Positions 17,797 to 25,704 of a stretch of 64,000 bases of DNA are shown here, piece after piece. The stretch spans positions 261,264 to 325,263 of the forward strand of contig JAFVEA010000009.1 in assembly GCA_017478185.1 (NCBI GenBank). The letters are read 5' to 3'. The translations under genes were made by a program, and so were the position numbers. The DNA comes from Clostridia bacterium. Its GTDB lineage: Bacteria > Bacillota > Clostridia > Christensenellales > UBA1242. A model generated the notes under the pieces. It ran no database searches, had not been told where the DNA came from, and saw nothing but the letters and a program-made list of their open reading frames with translations. Within the stretch, counting starts at the first letter, position 1. The number at the start of each line of letters is the position of its first letter.

Positions 17797-18087
17797 TTAA
17801 TCTAGTTCTTTAAACCAGATGTAGTAGTGTATTGGTATTTCTTTTGTTGTTATTCTATCTTTATCGTCTTTTAGTTCTAATTCAGCCCAATATTCATAAT
17901 TACCTGAGTATGAACCATCTTCTTTTTTGAAGCAGTATTTGCTTATGTCTTCAAAAGCTTTGATAAATGAGTTACCAGTTTTTGAACTTATTGAAGATAT
18001 AAATAGAGTATCTTCTGCAACATAGCCAATACCTTTTTGTTTTTCTTTTGTTTTTGATTTAGTTATTGAGTAAGCAACTGTTTTCAT
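17797..18087 (-). CDS. hypothetical protein (96 aa)
   Basis: I moved the start to the ATG behind AAGGAGGA. Preceded by a long hairpin that includes this SD. Confidence 0.5.
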   Translation of the reverse strand: MKTVAYSITKSKTKEKQKGIGYVAEDTLFISSISSKTGNSFIKAFEDISKYCFKKEDGSYSGNYEYWAELELKDDKDRITTKEIPIHYYIWFKELD

Positions 18088-18096
18088 AAATAAAAT

Positions 18097-18260
18097 CCTC
18101 CTTGCCTTTTTGGCAGCAAAAACACAATAGTTATGCTGGATTTTTTGCAAAGGTTTGCCTTTGGACACGAATTTAAGGTTTTATTTTAGTGTTTTTAATG
18201 AGTGCCTTTGCAAAATAAGACAAATAACTATATAAGAGCCAAGACAAAAAGGTAAGGAGG
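18097..18260. repeat. long imperfect inverted repeat (about 165-nt hairpin), paralog of 24805-25028
   Basis: Arm CCTCCTTGCCTTTTTGGC...ATAGTTAT...TTTTGCAAAGG versus reverse complement of the other arm CCTCCTTACCTTTTTGTC...ATAGTTAT...TTTTGCAAAGG. Confidence 0.65.
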
Positions 18261-18322
18261 CAGCCAATCCAGAAAACAGTTGTTTATACAAAAAACTTTT
18301 TTGTTATAAAGTTGTTGGTATT

Positions 18323-19207
18323 CTATTTTTTATCTTCGCTAAATCTATGTATTTTTGTTTTTCTTGATTTCTGCGTTCCACGAGCATAGACTATTTCTGG
18401 ATAACCAAACCCTACAATTAAACCTGTGTAATGATCTTTTGGAATATTAAGTAATTCCCTTGCTTCTGGAACAAGTTCGTTTAGGACTTCACTTGAATAG
18501 GACATTATTATTGTTCCAAGACCAAATGAATTGGCGAGTATGTCAAAATATGCTGTTGCGATGTTACAATTGTTTTTACTATCCTCCGCCCACTTTCCCA
18601 CACATTTTTCATGCGCAATAAATAGGTGTGGAGCCCCACAAAATAAAAGGTCTCCATTGCGGACAGTTTTTTCAGATTCTTTCATCTTTTTATAATAAAA
18701 ATCGCTAAAACTATGAGTGTATATATGCTGATGAGCGAGTTCATCCATTTTTGTATAAGCTATTTTTTGAATCTGTTTAACTCTTTCTTTGTCGTCGATA
18801 ACAGTGTATTCAGTGTTGCAAGCATTTCCACCAGTTGGTGCATTCTCGAGTGCTGATAAAATTTTATCTATAATTTCTGGCTCAACATTTTTGTCCAAAA
18901 ATCTTCTGCAAGACCTACGGTATTTAATCAATCTCTCCATTTGTTCGCCAAGATTTTTGTCCGGTGGTAAGCAAGAATTTTCTGGCTTTTTGTTAAAAAT
19001 TGAAATGGCACCCACAGGGCAAACAGCAAGACAATGTTCACATCTCCAGCAACCACGCCAGCCAAATCTTTCAAAAGGCTTTATTGATGGATAGCCCTGT
19101 GCATCTATTTCAATAACCATCCCAGAGCAGACATTACGACATTTCCCACACTTTATACATTTAGTTTTATCTACAATAAAATTACATCTATTTGATATAT
19201 CTTCCAT
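18323..19207 (-). CDS. ferredoxin-domain (2x[4Fe-4S]) nitroreductase-family protein
   Basis: CIKCGKCRNVC and CEHCLAVCP clusters followed by a nitroreductase-like domain (RRSCRRF). Confidence 0.75.
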   Translation of the reverse strand: MEDISNRCNFIVDKTKCIKCGKCRNVCSGMVIEIDAQGYPSIKPFERFGWRGCWRCEHCLAVCPVGAISIFNKKPENSCLPPDKNLGEQMERLIKYRRSCRRFLDKNVEPEIIDKILSALENAPTGGNACNTEYTVIDDKERVKQIQKIAYTKMDELAHQHIYTHSFSDFYYKKMKESEKTVRNGDLLFCGAPHLFIAHEKCVGKWAEDSKNNCNIATAYFDILANSFGLGTIIMSYSSEVLNELVPEARELLNIPKDHYTGLIVGFGYPEIVYARGTQKSRKTKIHRFSEDKK

Positions 19208-19210
19208 AAA

Positions 19211-20161
19211 TTACTCCATTGTTACAATAATTTTTCCATCAACACCTTTTTCTTGTGCTTTGAGTGCTTCTTTTATTTCACTAAACTTAAAGTTTACCCC
19301 AATAAAAGGCTTAATTTTTGCGTTATCTAAAAGTTTAAAAATATTGTCTATATCTTTCTGTGTTGGATAATTTGAGAAAAATCCAGTTAAGTATGTTCCA
19401 TTTGGAATTTCTTTTATTGGATCAAAATCATTAAGAGCAAAAACTCCACCAAGAATACCAGTATTGCAACAAACTCCACCTTTGTTTAGACATTGTAAAC
19501 TATCTCGGAGTGTTTTTGGACCAATAAGTTCAAGAATTTTATCTGTTTTAATGTGCTCATCAAGCTTTCCTTTATTATCTAAAAGACATTCGGCACCAAG
19601 GTCCGTGACAAAGTGCATTTTTTCTTTTTTGTGTGTTGTGCCAATAACTTTTGCTCCAACTGCTTTTGCAAGTTGAATGGCTGCATAGCCAAGAGCACAA
19701 GTTGCTCCACGAATAAGCAAAGTTTCTCCTTTTTTTAATTGTAAGCACTCAAAAAGAGAGCCATAAGCAGTGAAAAATGTTTCTGGAATAGCTGGCAAAT
19801 ACTTATTTTCCATTTTTGAATTTATATGGAAAACATTTTTAACTGGAAGTAGAGCATATTCTTCATAACTTCCATTAAAGTTTCTACCCATTCCGCCCAT
19901 AAGAGCGCAAACCTTGTCTCCAATCCTAAAATCATCATCTAAACTTTGTTCAATAATTCCCACACATTCTATTCCTGGAACTATTGGTTTTTGTATATAA
20001 TCTTCTTGAATTTCATTTTTTCTAAGTATTAGTTCAGAGTGATTAAGACCAAACCCCAAAACTTTAACAACGACCCAGCCTTTTTTTGCTTTTGGCTTTT
20101 CAATTTCAGATAAAAATATATCATCACTATTTGTGATTTTTGTTAGCACCACTGCTTTCAT
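19211..20161 (-). CDS. MDR-family zinc-type alcohol dehydrogenase / quinone oxidoreductase
   Basis: GLNHSE, GIECVG, and the nucleotide-binding IRGATCALGYAAIQLAK. Confidence 0.8.
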   Translation of the reverse strand: MKAVVLTKITNSDDIFLSEIEKPKAKKGWVVVKVLGFGLNHSELILRKNEIQEDYIQKPIVPGIECVGIIEQSLDDDFRIGDKVCALMGGMGRNFNGSYEEYALLPVKNVFHINSKMENKYLPAIPETFFTAYGSLFECLQLKKGETLLIRGATCALGYAAIQLAKAVGAKVIGTTHKKEKMHFVTDLGAECLLDNKGKLDEHIKTDKILELIGPKTLRDSLQCLNKGGVCCNTGILGGVFALNDFDPIKEIPNGTYLTGFFSNYPTQKDIDNIFKLLDNAKIKPFIGVNFKFSEIKEALKAQEKGVDGKIIVTME

Positions 20162-20223
20162 ATTTCTTCTCCTTTATATGATAATATTTTATCATAAAAA
20201 TCAAAAATTGTCATATTTTAAAA

Positions 20224-20262
20224 CAAAAAAACCGAGGCAAAGATTTTACTCTCTACCTCGGC
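20224..20262 (-). terminator. terminator of the 24740-20277 operon
   Basis: On the minus strand CCGAGG-N18-CCTCGG is followed by a T-run. Confidence 0.5.
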
Positions 20263-20276
20263 ATGTAGTTCTATTC

Positions 20277-20537
20277 TTAAAATTCTAATTTGGAGCTTTC
20301 AATTCCAATGAGAAGTCCTGTTTTAAAACCATTTACATATTTTTCACAAGCAAAGTTATCTAATTTTTCACCATATAATTGAATATATTGTTCAAAGATG
20401 TCTTTTTGGTTTTCATTTAAGAAACTTTTTATTAGTTCATAAAGTTCATTTTCTTTTGGATTTTGATTTAACATTGCTTTTGATTTTCTTGATATTTCAT
20501 CTATGTTTCCATAATAAAGTTCTTCAATTATATTCAT
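20277..20537 (-). CDS. hypothetical protein
   Basis: 86-aa ORF overlapping the upstream stop. Confidence 0.5.
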   Translation of the reverse strand: MNIIEELYYGNIDEISRKSKAMLNQNPKENELYELIKSFLNENQKDIFEQYIQLYGEKLDNFACEKYVNGFKTGLLIGIESSKLEF

Positions 20538-20854
20538 AGGATTGCTCCTTTATCTGGTATATAAATTTTATCTGCAACTTTTATCGCTTTATAGTTTTTT
20601 CCATCTATAATTTGTTCAGTATATTCTGGTTTTCCATCTGTGTTTGCTCTTAGGAAAATGCTTTCATTATCTTCTTTTGCTGGCTCAATGTTAATATCAA
20701 TCATATTTTCAAGTCTGCCGACTTCGATAATATCAACATCTTTCTTGATTAAGTATGAGCTAAATTCCCATAGTTTTTCAAATTTTCCATTTGAATCTAC
20801 TATAAAGCAAACATCATCTTCTTTATAATATCCGGTTATTCTGTAGTAATTCAT
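20534..20854 (-). CDS. hypothetical protein
   Basis: 106-aa ORF in an operon with the PcfJ-like gene. Confidence 0.5.
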   Translation of the reverse strand: MNYYRITGYYKEDDVCFIVDSNGKFEKLWEFSSYLIKKDVDIIEVGRLENMIDINIEPAKEDNESIFLRANTDGKPEYTEQIIDGKNYKAIKVADKIYIPDKGAIL

Positions 20855-20865
20855 TTTTTATCTCC

Positions 20866-22188
20866 TTATATTGTTATTTGTTTTATTTGATTATTTGCGT
20901 AGGGCAGCCAAATTTTGTTTATATATTCAAGTATCTGTTCATTTGGCTGTGAGTTGTGTATTGCATAACATTGCAGTATTTTGTGTGTTTTTGGGTCATA
21001 TTCTATTGTTACAAGAGGAATTGTTGGTTGTTCTTTTAACCTTACAAAGAATATTAAACTTTCTTCGTTTACAAATTTCTTATCATAACCCATATGACCA
21101 ACACAGTGATGAAGAGCTTCACCTTCTTTTGTGAGTTCTTTTGGAGAATGTGCAATCAAAGTTATATAGTTTTCATTTAACTTTCGTTGCATAATCTTAT
21201 ATTTATCTGCAATGATTTTAAAGTTTTTGCAAAATTGTTTCATTTGTTTTTTATCTTCTTCCATTTTTTTGTTATGATATTCTTCAGTTCTAATATTGTG
21301 CCAATAACTTAAATCATGGGGCATAAGGTTTTTAGGTAAACTCATATCAAGTCCAAGATATTCACAAGCTGTTAGATAGTCATCATAAACCTCTTCATAC
21401 ATATTTAGTTTTGTTATGTATTTATAAAACTTTTCCACATTTCCACAAAAAGCAGTTTTTATATGTGTATAACAAGGTTTTTTCATAAAAGGTCTTAAAA
21501 AATATTCAAACTTTTGAATTTCCATTAAGTTTCGATTTTCTTTATATGCTTTCATTATTGCAGAAATATAATACGAATAGTTGCTTAACTCATTTGAATG
21601 GTTAATAATCCATTTTCTAAACTTTTTATCTTTTGCAAGCTTATTAAGTATTGTTTTAGACATACAATATTTTTCTAATCCAAGTTTTAATAGATATTCT
21701 GCTTGAGGATATTTTTCATACATTCTCAAATATTTTAATTCGTTGGTAAATTCTAGTGATGTAACTTGGCTATATTTGTATTTCTCTATTTTTAAAGCAA
21801 GTTCTGGATTTATGTTTGTTATATATGGTATAAAGAAATATTTATCATCAGCATAACCCCAGTCATCACTTTCAAACCAAGTTTGATATTTTGATAATCC
21901 TTCAGCATACCACCCAACAGAATATCCAGCAATTTGTGTGAATTTTATATCTTTAACATAACAAATCTTTCCATTATCGCAATGGATTACAACTTGTTTG
22001 CAATACCATTTGTTGTATTTGTTTTTAACAGCAACAGTTATTTGCATTAAGTGTTTTTTCCAAATAGCAAAGTAGTTATAAAATCTAACACGATTAAATT
22101 TGTCTTTGTGGTGTTTTTTATCTATACTTTTTATCTTTTTTATGATATATTTTGGAATAGGTTTAATTATTGTTTCATCAACTTTCAT
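20866..22188 (-). CDS. PcfJ-like protein
   Basis: C-terminal EGEALHHCVGHMGYDKKFVNEESLIFFVR matches the PcfJ HCVG signature. Follows a PcfK-like gene, as in conjugative elements. Confidence 0.65.
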   Translation of the reverse strand: MKVDETIIKPIPKYIIKKIKSIDKKHHKDKFNRVRFYNYFAIWKKHLMQITVAVKNKYNKWYCKQVVIHCDNGKICYVKDIKFTQIAGYSVGWYAEGLSKYQTWFESDDWGYADDKYFFIPYITNINPELALKIEKYKYSQVTSLEFTNELKYLRMYEKYPQAEYLLKLGLEKYCMSKTILNKLAKDKKFRKWIINHSNELSNYSYYISAIMKAYKENRNLMEIQKFEYFLRPFMKKPCYTHIKTAFCGNVEKFYKYITKLNMYEEVYDDYLTACEYLGLDMSLPKNLMPHDLSYWHNIRTEEYHNKKMEEDKKQMKQFCKNFKIIADKYKIMQRKLNENYITLIAHSPKELTKEGEALHHCVGHMGYDKKFVNEESLIFFVRLKEQPTIPLVTIEYDPKTHKILQCYAIHNSQPNEQILEYINKIWLPYANNQIKQITI

Positions 22189-22198
22189 TTTTATCTCC

Positions 22199-23014
22199 TT
22201 ATAATATTTTTAAGTTATTGTCTAATAGTTTTTGAAGAATATCTATTTTTGTATTTTCAAGTTCAGTTTTTCTTTTTTCATAAATAGTTTCATTGTTATC
22301 TTCAAGGACAAGAAGGGTAGATTGTTTTTGAAGTGTTTCAAAATATTTGTCTTTAAGATGAATAGGGAAGCCAGCAAGTTTCACTGGTTCAACAAAGCCA
22401 AAGTCTTTTGATGTTAAAACAAGATTTAGTATGCTTGAAATCTTTTCAGCATTGTTATCATAAGCTTCATAAAAATCTCCAAGTTTAATAAGAGTTATTT
22501 TATCTGAGTTTTCATCTTGTGTTTTGGCATATAATTTGTAATAATCTGGAATTTTTTCTTCAGCTTGTTTTAGTTCTTCATTTATTTTTGGCTTATCTAA
22601 GTCCATGAAATCAAAAAGTGTTTGTTGAGGTGTTTGTTTTTTAACTTCAACTTTAGGTTCAATCTTTGGAGCAACCTTTGGTTTTGGCTTTTCTTCTTCG
22701 TAGATACTGCCATCAAGATTATAAAGTGTTCCAATAATCGAATCTTCTTCAAAGTAGTGTATCGCCCAACCAAAAACAGTTGAATCTTCTATGCAAGCAT
22801 AACTTGCTCCTTTTTCTGCAAGTTTCTTAGCTTCATTATTTGCATATTGGAAAAATCCAGTTAAATTTTTCTTATTAACAAGTTCTTTTTTGTTTTTTGT
22901 GGTTTTCACACCCAAATTTATCTTATTTGCAAGATTTTCACTAGCATTTTTTTGCAAATAATCTTTTATTATTTCTTGTTCTTTGTTTTTTGTTTCCAAA
23001 TTTAATTCAATCAT
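22199..23014 (-). CDS. PcfK-like (AcrIIA9-family) N-domain fused to a MutS domain-I-like C-domain
   Basis: N-terminal IIKDYLQKNA...STVFGWAIHYFEEDSI resembles PcfK/AcrIIA9. C-terminal ITLIKLGDFYEAYDNNAEKISSILNLVLTSKD...LAGFPIHLKDKYFETLQKQSTLLVLED aligns with the E. coli MutS mismatch-binding domain (GDFYE ... MAGIPYHAVENYL). Confidence 0.55.
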   Translation of the reverse strand: MIELNLETKNKEQEIIKDYLQKNASENLANKINLGVKTTKNKKELVNKKNLTGFFQYANNEAKKLAEKGASYACIEDSTVFGWAIHYFEEDSIIGTLYNLDGSIYEEEKPKPKVAPKIEPKVEVKKQTPQQTLFDFMDLDKPKINEELKQAEEKIPDYYKLYAKTQDENSDKITLIKLGDFYEAYDNNAEKISSILNLVLTSKDFGFVEPVKLAGFPIHLKDKYFETLQKQSTLLVLEDNNETIYEKRKTELENTKIDILQKLLDNNLKIL

Positions 23015-23041
23015 AATAATTCCTTTTAATAAAAAGAAGCC

Positions 23042-23260
23042 CTAAAAAGGACATCTTCTTAATAATCTTTTTACTTCTGATTTTCTCATTTTGAAGATAG
23101 TAAAATGTGGATTTTTAACAATTCGCAGTGTTTTTCTGTTTTTAATAGTTTTGTTTTTCAAATTTTCTTTTTCAAAACAAGCAAGCTGATAATCATTTGT
23201 GGTTATGTATTTATGATATTTGTTTGCACTTTGTTTTTGGTAACATAATTTATAGTTCAT
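23042..23260 (-). CDS. hypothetical basic protein (72 aa)
   Basis: ATG overlaps the upstream stop (TAATG) behind AAGGAGGA. This is shorter than the listed 93-aa ORF. Confidence 0.45.
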   Translation of the reverse strand: MNYKLCYQKQSANKYHKYITTNDYQLACFEKENLKNKTIKNRKTLRIVKNPHFTIFKMRKSEVKRLLRRCPF

Positions 23261-23676
23261 TATGCAGTCCTCCTTATTCCACCACCAAAACTTTGAATTC
23301 CAATAGTTCCAAATTCGCTGCAATCATCACAAGTTTTGTTCCAGACATATGCAAAAGCATAAAAATTTGATTTATTTTGTTGTTCAAGTAGAGTATCCCA
23401 TTCTTCTGGATAATCTGTTACAATTAAAAAATCATAACATTCACCAAATTCAGTGAACTCATGTGTTATTGCATAAACTGTGCAATTATAAGTTTCTTCA
23501 ATTTGTTTTTGCTTTTCTAATAATTCTTCATCTTGATAAGTCCAAAATCCAGCAAATTGCTTATAAAAGCAAGTGTCATTTTCTTTCTCAAAACCTTCTA
23601 TATAAGGTTTGTAAATATCTAATTGTTTTAAAAGCTCAATGGCTTTTTCTTTTCTTTGTTCTATATTAGTGTTCAT
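23260..23676 (-). CDS. hypothetical acidic protein
   Basis: 138 aa, Glu/Asp-rich. Confidence 0.5.
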   Translation of the reverse strand: MNTNIEQRKEKAIELLKQLDIYKPYIEGFEKENDTCFYKQFAGFWTYQDEELLEKQKQIEETYNCTVYAITHEFTEFGECYDFLIVTDYPEEWDTLLEQQNKSNFYAFAYVWNKTCDDCSEFGTIGIQSFGGGIRRTA

Positions 23677-23691
23677 TTTTTAATCTCCTTT

Positions 23692-24309
23692 TTATAACAT
23701 AGTTTCTTGCCAAGGGTCTATAAAATTACAGTCTCTTTTTGTAAATCCCTTTAATGCTAGTGTTGTTTTTAAATTATTATCGTCAAATGATATTTCATCA
23801 AAAGCCCAAATTCCAACTTGTTCTTTATTTATTCCATAATAATCTCCACCACCATATTCGTTCCCAATGGCTGTTAGTAGTGAAAGAGGATGCATACACC
23901 ATTCTTTAATACTATTTGTTTCAATATATTCTTGCATATTCAAATATTCTTGTTTTGTCCAGTTTATAAGTAGCATCTTGCTGGTTTCAAATTGTTTTAA
24001 AATAAGTGATTTTTCTTTTCTGTTCCAAGCAATTTCGTGTAGCTTATATGCTTGTTTCAAACTTAAGTTTGGGTTGTGTATATCTTTAATGTCTATTTGG
24101 TTTACATAATCACCAACCCAAGCAACTTTCATAGGATTTTTATAAATAATGTTTGAAAAACTTTCCATAGTATAATTGCCAATCCAACTATGTTCAGTAA
24201 GTTTTGCTAGCATATATTCTGGTTTGCTGGCTTGATTTGTTTTGATTGATCTATCGTAAACAGTGTATTTTCTATCTTTGTATGTTAAAATGTTATAATA
24301 TTGTCCCAT
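23692..24309 (-). CDS. hypothetical protein
   Basis: 205-aa ORF with AAGGAAG SD. Confidence 0.5.
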   Translation of the reverse strand: MGQYYNILTYKDRKYTVYDRSIKTNQASKPEYMLAKLTEHSWIGNYTMESFSNIIYKNPMKVAWVGDYVNQIDIKDIHNPNLSLKQAYKLHEIAWNRKEKSLILKQFETSKMLLINWTKQEYLNMQEYIETNSIKEWCMHPLSLLTAIGNEYGGGDYYGINKEQVGIWAFDEISFDDNNLKTTLALKGFTKRDCNFIDPWQETML

Positions 24310-24326
24310 ATTTTTACTTCCTTTTA

Positions 24327-24740
24327 TTAATATCTTTTTAAAGCTTTTTGTAGTCCATGTTTTAGATTTTTGTGTTTTTCAATTTCTTCCATTGTTAAAT
24401 CAAGAGCATCTAGTGTTTCATCAAGTGAATAGGTGATACAGTATTCGTGGTTAGCTAATTCATCTCTAAACATTTGATAAATATAACCATTTCCAGTTTT
24501 GTCATTATCAATTTCTTGTTGATGCTCTTGTTTGTGCCTTTTAAAAGTGTTCATAACCCAATCATAATCACTTTTTTTGATGTAACAGCCACTACCTATG
24601 GTACAAATAGCTTGTAAATTGTCTTTTTCTAAACCAAATTTTTCCATCATTTCATCAAATTGTTTATCGCTATAAGCAAAACCCAATGGCAGTTCATTAA
24701 CTTCCTTTTGATGTTTTTGTCTTAGTTCATAGTAATTCAT
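24327..24740 (-). CDS. hypothetical protein (first gene of the operon)
   Basis: 137-aa ORF with AAAGGAGA SD. Preceded by a mini-ORF and a long hairpin. Confidence 0.5.
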   Translation of the reverse strand: MNYYELRQKHQKEVNELPLGFAYSDKQFDEMMEKFGLEKDNLQAICTIGSGCYIKKSDYDWVMNTFKRHKQEHQQEIDNDKTGNGYIYQMFRDELANHEYCITYSLDETLDALDLTMEEIEKHKNLKHGLQKALKRY

Positions 24741-24804
24741 AATTTTTCTCCTTTTCTATTAATAATATTTTTAAAACCAAAAAGCGTTAAAAAACATAAA
24801 TCAC

Positions 24805-25028
24805 CTCCTTTTGGGCTTTTTGGCAAGGAAACAAAAAGTCATAGTTCGGCTATTTGTTTTTGTGATTTAAAGTTTAGGGTAGGAGTCAATGAAAAAGAAA
24901 AAATATTATTATAAATAAAGAAAAAGACCAGGTTAAAAACCTAGTCTTTAAAAAGTGTATTAAAATATTTTTTCCGTTTACTCCTACGAGAAATATGACA
25001 AACTGTTTCCCAAAAAGCCCAAAAGGAG
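24805..25028. repeat. long imperfect inverted repeat (about 224-nt hairpin)
   Basis: The outer arms are a perfect 19-nt repeat, CTCCTTTTGGGCTTTTTGG / CCAAAAAGCCCAAAAGGAG. Inner matches are GAAACA, GTCATA, GTAGGAGT and GAAAAAATATT, with an apical hairpin AAAGACCAGG-N7-CCTAGTCTTT. Confidence 0.7.
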
Positions 25029-25119
25029 AACATAAAACTTATTTGTTTTTTATGTGAAAATGAAGACAAAATACTATTTTTTTGTTATAATGTGAGTGAT
25101 AATATAAAGGAGTTTTGAG

Positions 25120-25704
25120 TTGATTAAGGCTTTTATTAAGGAAATTCGAGAATCTTTGGATAAAGAAATGTATATGTCGGCTTTAACGTTGACACTGATT
25201 TTGCCTGATATGTGTGGTCAAGTTGAATATTCAGGTGAAAAGCCTAAAGAAAGGTATATAAAATGGTTTGATAATTTTGTGGCTTCTAGTATGAGACATC
25301 GGTATGATGATGATAAAATCCCTTATGTAAGTGGGCAAATTGCCTGGGATTTAAGAAATAATGTAATACATGGTGGTGATCCAGATGTAAATAGTAAGGA
25401 AAGTGATATACAAGATTTTAAACTTTTAGTTCAAGAAAAAGGAAGATCGGCTTATGCGGGAACTAGTACATGTGTAATGACTAAAATTATAAATGGGCAA
25501 GAGATTGTGGAACATAGATCGATTACTATAGCCCTGAGAGATTTTTGTAATACAGTTTGTTGCTGTGTTAATGCGTACTATAAAAAAAATATAGATAAAT
25601 TCACTTTTAAGTATAAGGTTGTAAATATAGATGATATGTCGGCAAAACTGATGGTTGGTGTTAAAAGAGAGGTGTATAAAAAGGATGAAGAAAATGAAGG
25701 ATGA
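25120..25704 (+). CDS. HEPN-motif protein (194 aa)
   Basis: AWDLRNNVIHGGDP contains Rx4H. Predicted to be helical. TTG start. Confidence 0.4.
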   Translation: MIKAFIKEIRESLDKEMYMSALTLTLILPDMCGQVEYSGEKPKERYIKWFDNFVASSMRHRYDDDKIPYVSGQIAWDLRNNVIHGGDPDVNSKESDIQDFKLLVQEKGRSAYAGTSTCVMTKIINGQEIVEHRSITIALRDFCNTVCCCVNAYYKKNIDKFTFKYKVVNIDDMSAKLMVGVKREVYKKDEENEG

